A stretch of DNA of 64,000 nt from Thermoplasmatales archaeon SW_10_69_26. GTDB taxonomy: Archaea > Thermoplasmatota > SW-10-69-26. How positions within the stretch are numbered: the first letter of the stretch is position 1; each line of letters begins with the position of its first letter. Positions 59,132-64,000 of the stretch are shown here, piece by piece. The translations under genes and the position numbers were made by a program. The stretch lies in the NCBI GenBank assembly GCA_003009755.1, contig PXUB01000037.1, forward strand, positions 850-64,849, given 5' to 3'. The notes beneath the pieces were generated by a model. The model saw nothing but the letters and a program-made list of their open reading frames with translations, was not told where the DNA came from and did no database searches.

Positions 59132-60187
59132 GTGGACGCAGCCCGCCTCGCCGAGCGGTTGACGGCCGAGCAGGACGCCCAGCACGCGTTGACGGCCGCC
59201 GCGGACGCGCTGAGGGAGGCCGGCCTCGCGGTCGACCGGGACGAGGAGCACCAAGCGATCGCTGCGGTTCGCGGCTCGCCCGGCGCCGTGCTCAGCGGCC
59301 ACGTCGACGTGGTGCCGGTCAGCGACGAGTGGAGCCGCCCCGCCTTCGGCAACGCGTTCGACGACGACCGGTTGTACGCCCGCGGGGCCAGCGACATGCG
59401 CGGCCCGGTGGCGGCGATGATCGCGGCCCTGGATCGCACCGAGGCACCCGTCGGCGTCGTGCTCACGACCGACGAGGAGACCACGATGGACACCGCGCGG
59501 GCCTACGCCGAGCACGACCGGTTCGCCGACGCCGACGTCGTGCTCGTCGGGGAACCGACCGGGATGGACGTCGCCGTCGCCGGCAACGGCCTGGTGTGGG
59601 TGCGCGTCGACGCCGACGGGGCTCGCGGGCACGCTTCCACGCCTCGACCCCAGGCCCGGGGGCCCTCGGCGCCCGAGCGCTTGATCGAGGCGCTGGCCGG
59701 CCTCGACCCGCGGCCCTTCCGCGTGGAGCATCCCCGCTTGGGGAAGGCGACCTTGGCGGTGTCCGGCATCGAGAGCGAGGCGACCCCGTTCAACGTGCTC
59801 GCCGGCGAGGCCGAGGCCCGCATCGATATCCGGTTCCCGCCGCCCAAGACGCCCGACGAGGTGGAGGCCTCGCTGCGCAGCCGGCTGGACCTCCCTCGGG
59901 AGGGGCTAAAGCTGTCCGTCGAGAAGCGGGAGCCGGCGTTCCTCGGCGACGAGGGCCAGGGCAAGCGAGCCGCGGATGCGTTGAGCCTGGCGGGCGTGGA
60001 TGCGTCCGTGACGGGCGTGGGCTACGTCACCGAAGCCGGCCACTGGCAACGCGTCACCGACACGCTCGTCGTCGGGCCGGGCTCGATCGATCGAGCCCAC
60101 GCGCCCGACGAGTACATCACGCGGGACGAGCTGACGACGGCCGTCGACGGGTACGCCGCCCTGATCGAGGCCTTCGCTCCCGTTTAG
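59132..60187 (+). CDS. M20-family metallopeptidase (ArgE/DapE-type deacylase)
   Basis: 351 aa, GTG start. Metal-ligand contexts LSGHVDVVP, ...RGASDMRGPVA..., TTDEET and a C-terminal HAPDEY. Confidence 0.8.
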   Translation: MDAARLAERLTAEQDAQHALTAAADALREAGLAVDRDEEHQAIAAVRGSPGAVLSGHVDVVPVSDEWSRPAFGNAFDDDRLYARGASDMRGPVAAMIAALDRTEAPVGVVLTTDEETTMDTARAYAEHDRFADADVVLVGEPTGMDVAVAGNGLVWVRVDADGARGHASTPRPQARGPSAPERLIEALAGLDPRPFRVEHPRLGKATLAVSGIESEATPFNVLAGEAEARIDIRFPPPKTPDEVEASLRSRLDLPREGLKLSVEKREPAFLGDEGQGKRAADALSLAGVDASVTGVGYVTEAGHWQRVTDTLVVGPGSIDRAHAPDEYITRDELTTAVDGYAALIEAFAPV

Positions 60188-60756
60188 ACTGCCGGTCTTG
60201 TTTTGCTTAGGCTCTCGCGCCGGTCTGGGGAGACCGGGGACGGTCTCCCGAGCCTGCGAGCCCGGAGGGCTCGTGCGAGGGAGCGTGGCACGGTCGCGGA
60301 GCCCGAGGAAACCAACCCTCGCGGGTTGTCGACGGACACTGCCCGGATCAGAGATCCGGGCGCGGCTAAGATCGCCCGGACGAGCGAGATCTCACGGGGG
60401 CCGACAACGGCCGAGCACCGGTCGGCGTGGCCGACCGGTCTCGGCTGCGCATCTTCGATTCGTAGAGCAAGGGGCCCGCCGCAGACCGGCGCACCAGAGC
60501 ATTTCCGGTCCCACGGTCTCCCCCTACGAGCGGTTGGCCAGGAAATGTTCACCAAATCGAGGGGGAGCGGTCTCCGTAACCCCCCTCACGGCGGGGCCGC
60601 CCGCAGGCGGCGACGACGCAAGGTCCCCACGTCCGCTTGCTGCAAGCGTTGTCGCCGTCGACCTCGACGTAGCCTCTGGCTACTCCTTCGTCTCGGCTCC
60701 GCGCTTTCACCGCCTGAGGCCGAGCGAGAGCCGAACCCAAGCATCGCCGGCAGTCT
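60185..60756. repeat. 572-bp non-coding element flanked by an 11-bp perfect inverted repeat (TAGACTGCCGG / CCGGCAGTCTA); MITE-like or structured-RNA candidate
   Basis: IR-L overlaps the peptidase TAG stop. Internal CGGTCTCC motif occurs 3x within the element and again at 60779. Two mutually exclusive perfect hairpins lie at 60222-60250 (ccggtct-gggg-agaccgg vs gggagaccg-ggga-cggtctccc). The ORFs across it are basic and low-complexity, i.e. not coding. Confidence 0.3.
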
Positions 60757-61111
60757 AGGCGCTCAACTGGGGACGTCGACGGTCTCCGCGAGCCGTCCGT
60801 CGGGTTCGTGCACCTTGATCGTGGTCGCCGACCCTCGCCGCGCCAGGTCCCGCGCTTCATCTAGGGCGGCGAACTTCGAGTCGTGGCGGCTCTCGGCCGT
60901 GGGAGCACCTTCACGGAGCACCTTCCATCGCCCCCCGTCGTCCTCGGCCACGTGCAGCGTGTCCGGGTCCACCCGCCATGCCATCTTCGGCTCCATGTCA
61001 ACCCTTGACAGTGCTTCGAAGGTGGATAAACCTACCGCCGCCGGGGGCTCGCGCGACGTGGAAAGGTTCGTGCGGACACCTTTCCCCGCCGGCGTCCTCC
61101 CCATCTCCCCG

Positions 61112-62032
61112 ATGGCGGGTCCCCGATTCCCCAACCTCTTCATCGCCGGCGTCCCGAAGGCAGCCACGACGACCTGGTACCAGGCCCTCGACCACCACCC
61201 CGACGTCTTCATGTCCCCACGCAAGGAGATGCGCTACCTCGACCGAGACCTCACCTTCGACAACCGTGTCGAGACCGAGGACGCCTACCTGGCCCACTTC
61301 GCGGACGCAGAGGGCCAGGCACGGATCGGCGAAGCTTCCCCGTGGTACTTCTACAGCGACGAGGCCCCCCGTTCGATCCGCGACAACGCCGAGGACCCCC
61401 GCGTCCTCGTGTTCCTGCGGGACCCGGTCGAGCGCCTGTACTCCCTGCACGGCCAGATGGTCAACTCTGGGGCCGAGACGATCGGGAGCTTCCGCGAGGC
61501 CCTGGCCGCCCAACCCGATCGCGAACGCGGCCGCCGGTTGCCGGACCTGCTCGAACCGCGCGAAGGCCTTCGCTACTGGGACATCGCCCACTATGGTCCT
61601 CACGTCCGCCGCTACCTCGACACCTTCGACGACGAGGAACTGATGTTCGTCCGGTTCGACGACTTCACGACGGACCCCGAGGGCGTCTTCCGCGAGGTCT
61701 GCACGTTCCTGGGCGTCGACCCGAACGTCCGCCCGGCCATCCCCGCCTCCAACACCCACCGCGTGCTCCGGAGCCACCGCGTGCGCGATTTCCTCGCCGA
61801 TCCGCCCGAACCCGTGCGAGAGATCGCCCACCGCGTCCCCGGAGACTGGCCGACCCAAGCCCGCGACATCCTGTGGCAGCTCAACCTCAAACCCGCCGAA
61901 CGCGACCCGATGCCGGAGGACCTTTGCCGGACGCTGACCGAACATTGCCGCCCCGACATCGAAGACGTCGAGGACCTGCTCGGCTGGGACCTGTCCGATT
62001 GGAGGCGCCGGGACCCCCTCGAGGAGGCCTGA
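61112..62032 (+). CDS. sulfotransferase-family protein
   Basis: 306 aa. PAPS 5'-phosphosulfate-binding loop FIAGVPKAATTTW. 3'-phosphate-binding region ...VLVFLRDPVERLYSLHGQ.... Acidic. Confidence 0.75.
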   Translation: MAGPRFPNLFIAGVPKAATTTWYQALDHHPDVFMSPRKEMRYLDRDLTFDNRVETEDAYLAHFADAEGQARIGEASPWYFYSDEAPRSIRDNAEDPRVLVFLRDPVERLYSLHGQMVNSGAETIGSFREALAAQPDRERGRRLPDLLEPREGLRYWDIAHYGPHVRRYLDTFDDEELMFVRFDDFTTDPEGVFREVCTFLGVDPNVRPAIPASNTHRVLRSHRVRDFLADPPEPVREIAHRVPGDWPTQARDILWQLNLKPAERDPMPEDLCRTLTEHCRPDIEDVEDLLGWDLSDWRRRDPLEEA

Positions 62033-62102
62033 AACCGGCAGGCTTACCAGACCGCGCACGCTCTTAGCCGCAAGCCCCCGCCGCGGGCCGCCTCACGCCG
62101 CC

Positions 62103-63056
62103 ATGCCCTCCCAGCCCCCGCCCGACCCCGACGACCGCTGGCCGAGTTTCTACCTCCTCGGCGCCGAGAAAGCCGGGACCACGTCCCTGTACCACTACCT
62201 CCGCCAACACCCCGACGTGTTCCTGCCCGAGGAGAAAGAGCCCGGGTTCTTCTCGCTGTACTGGGACATCGCCGTCGAACCCGCCAAGACGGTCGAACGC
62301 ACCTGGGGGTCCTTGGTCGACTTCGACCGCTTCGACGGGTTCGAGGACGCCCTCGCCGTCTACCGGTCCCTGTACCAGGGCGCCCCCGCCGACGCCGAAC
62401 GCGGCGACTGCACGGCCAGCTACCTCTGGCACCCCCGCACGCCCGAACGCATCGAGACGCTGACGCCCGAGGCTCGGTTCCTCGTCCTCGTGCGCGACCC
62501 CGTCGAGCGAGCCTTCAGCCACTACCTCATGGTCCGACGCGCCGGCGCCGAAGAGCGCGCGTTCCTCGACGCCCTCGAACGCGACCTCGAACGCGAGGGC
62601 ACCGAGGAAGCCCCGCACCGCTACCTCCTCAGCGGCCGCTACACGGAGCAGATCGAACGCTACACCGACCGCTTCGGGTCCGAGAACGTGCACGTCGTCT
62701 TCACCGAACGCATGGCCAAGTCCACCGACGCCGTGCTGCACGACGTGGCTCGGTTCCTCGGTCTCCCCACCCGACCGATCGATCGGATGGACACCGGGGA
62801 ACGTCACAACCCCTACCGCGAACCCGCCAACGCCCTCGCCGACTGGCTGCGCACCAACGACACGATCAAGAGCCTCGCCCAGGCGCTGCTCCCTAAGAGC
62901 GTGCGCGATGTGCTCGGCAACGAGGTCCTCATGCGAGCCGAGGACAGGCCGACGATGAGCGACGAGGCTCGCGCCTTCCTCGAGGACCACTACGCCGAGG
63001 AACCCGAGAGCCTCGAAGACCTGATCGGCAAGCGCCCACCCTGGTCGTGGGCCTGA
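62103..63056 (+). CDS. sulfotransferase-family protein (second, tandem paralogue)
   Basis: 317 aa. 5'-PSB loop YLLGAEKAGTTSLYHYL. 3'-PB region FLVLVRDPVERAFSHYL. Confidence 0.75.
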   Translation: MPSQPPPDPDDRWPSFYLLGAEKAGTTSLYHYLRQHPDVFLPEEKEPGFFSLYWDIAVEPAKTVERTWGSLVDFDRFDGFEDALAVYRSLYQGAPADAERGDCTASYLWHPRTPERIETLTPEARFLVLVRDPVERAFSHYLMVRRAGAEERAFLDALERDLEREGTEEAPHRYLLSGRYTEQIERYTDRFGSENVHVVFTERMAKSTDAVLHDVARFLGLPTRPIDRMDTGERHNPYREPANALADWLRTNDTIKSLAQALLPKSVRDVLGNEVLMRAEDRPTMSDEARAFLEDHYAEEPESLEDLIGKRPPWSWA

Positions 63057-63111
63057 GGTCCGCCGACGGGGAACGAAGGAACCATATGCGTCACGCCGGC
63101 ATGCTGGCCGC

Positions 63112-64000
63112 GTGCGCGTCGGCACGTTCCTGCGGACCTGGTTCCGAGGCGGCGGCGTCTCCCGGCACACGCTGGAGCTCGTCGAACGCCTCACCGACGT
63201 AGAATGGGTCTGCTTCGGTCACGGCTTCGAGACCGAGGTCCCCACCCCCATCGAGGTCGCCGGCGTGCCTGGTCCCCCCGCCGTCAAGGACGTCGCCAAC
63301 CTCGCCCGCTCGCCGTGGCTGATCGACCAGCTGCGCGAGGATCACGATCTCGACCTCTTCCACGCGCAGGACACGAACACGCTGGGCCACGACATCGTGA
63401 CCGTGCACAGCTGCTTCCCCGCCTACGCCCACGCCGAGCTCTCGCAGCTGTACACGCTCGTCCACCCGATGTACCACAAGAACTTGGTCAGCCAGAAGCT
63501 CGTGCTCGAGAACACCGACGGCCTGATCGTCGCCGTCAGCGAGGACCTCCGCGAGGACCTGCTGGACTTCTACGACCTCGACCCCACCCAGGTTCGCGTC
63601 GTCTACAACGGCGTCGACTTGGAGGCCTTCCACCCCGACGTCGACGGCTCCCCCATCCGGCGAGAGCACGGGATCGACCCCGAGACCCCGCTGTTGTCGT
63701 TCGTCGGCCACGAGTACGAGCGCAAGGGCTTCGACGACATCCTGCAAGCCCTTACCCGGCTCCCCGACGAGGTCGAGCTGCTCACCGTCGGCGGTGGCGA
63801 CCACGAGCCCTGGAAAGCCCGGGCGCGCGAGCTCGGCGTGGCCGACCGCGTCACCTGGGCCGGGTACGTGCCCGACGAGCAACTGCCCGCCCACTACGCG
63901 GCCTCGGACGTGTTCGTCTTCCCCACCCGCTACGAGTCCTTCGGCCTCGTCGTGCTCGAAGCCATGGCCACCGGCACCCCGACCGTCGCCGGCGACTTGG
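63112..64000 (+). CDS. GT4-family glycosyltransferase, 3'-truncated at window edge
   Basis: GTG at 63112 (VRVGTFLRTWFRGGGVSRHTLEL...). C-terminal part shows the GT4 EX7E context ...FVFPTRYESFGLVVLEAMATGTPTVAG.... The frame is open to the window end, so it is absent from the ORF track. Confidence 0.75.
   Translation, partial: MRVGTFLRTWFRGGGVSRHTLELVERLTDVEWVCFGHGFETEVPTPIEVAGVPGPPAVKDVANLARSPWLIDQLREDHDLDLFHAQDTNTLGHDIVTVHSCFPAYAHAELSQLYTLVHPMYHKNLVSQKLVLENTDGLIVAVSEDLREDLLDFYDLDPTQVRVVYNGVDLEAFHPDVDGSPIRREHGIDPETPLLSFVGHEYERKGFDDILQALTRLPDEVELLTVGGGDHEPWKARARELGVADRVTWAGYVPDEQLPAHYAASDVFVFPTRYESFGLVVLEAMATGTPTVAGDL

Noticed and set aside
60203-62032. 609-aa plus ORF covering the IR-flanked element and the first sulfotransferase
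   Set aside because: The N-terminal 300 residues are basic, low-complexity translation of the non-coding element. The sulfotransferase starts at ATG 61112.

Overview
This window is high-GC DNA (about 68-70%) encoding very acidic (Asp/Glu-rich) proteins. It carries archaeal informational genes (deoxyhypusine synthase, archaeal-type TruD, RpoL, Csl4, NMD3, aEF-1beta, TatA), so it is most likely a chromosomal segment of a halophilic archaeon (class Halobacteria). I did not try to name the genus.

Gene content, left to right:
- Housekeeping genes: dys plus an aminotransferase, a csl4-rpoL-truD operon, dnaK-dnaJ, accC plus BCCP, folD, an acyl-CoA dehydrogenase, Liv-type and ABC-2 ABC transporters, an M20 peptidase, two sulfotransferases and a GT4 glycosyltransferase.
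- 18.4-27.6 kb: three co-oriented secreted proteins. One is a roughly 1,870-aa subtilisin (S8)/repeat protein with an apparent frameshift. One is a 476-aa paralogue that shares an unusual roughly 27-residue VNGG...LxDxxGxDxY tandem repeat. The third is a beta-helix protein.
- 27.5-29.0 kb: an RHH/PIN toxin-antitoxin cassette bracketed by 134-170-bp direct repeats that duplicate the promoter and first codons of a neighbouring gene.
- 29.1-31.7 kb: a patch of gene fragments (a MoxR fragment, a 5'-truncated ArsR-like regulator, IS110-like and IS630-like transposase remnants; the IS630 remnant recurs at 17.97-18.4 kb).
- 35.0-45.7 kb: the most interesting feature, a nine-gene translationally coupled minus-strand operon. 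It joins a DUF4129 giant membrane protein, MoxR AAA+ ATPase, DUF58 and two membrane proteins to two ABC ATPase/ABC-2 permease pairs. The association looks like an undescribed envelope/export system.
- Three unusually long non-coding stretches (5.0-6.2 kb, 8.5-9.2 kb and an inverted-repeat-flanked 572-bp element at 60.2-60.8 kb) may hold structured RNAs or a MITE.

No rRNA, tRNA or CRISPR array was recognised by eye.

Many long ORFs in the six-frame track are artefacts of high-GC DNA on the wrong strand or frame and are not reported.
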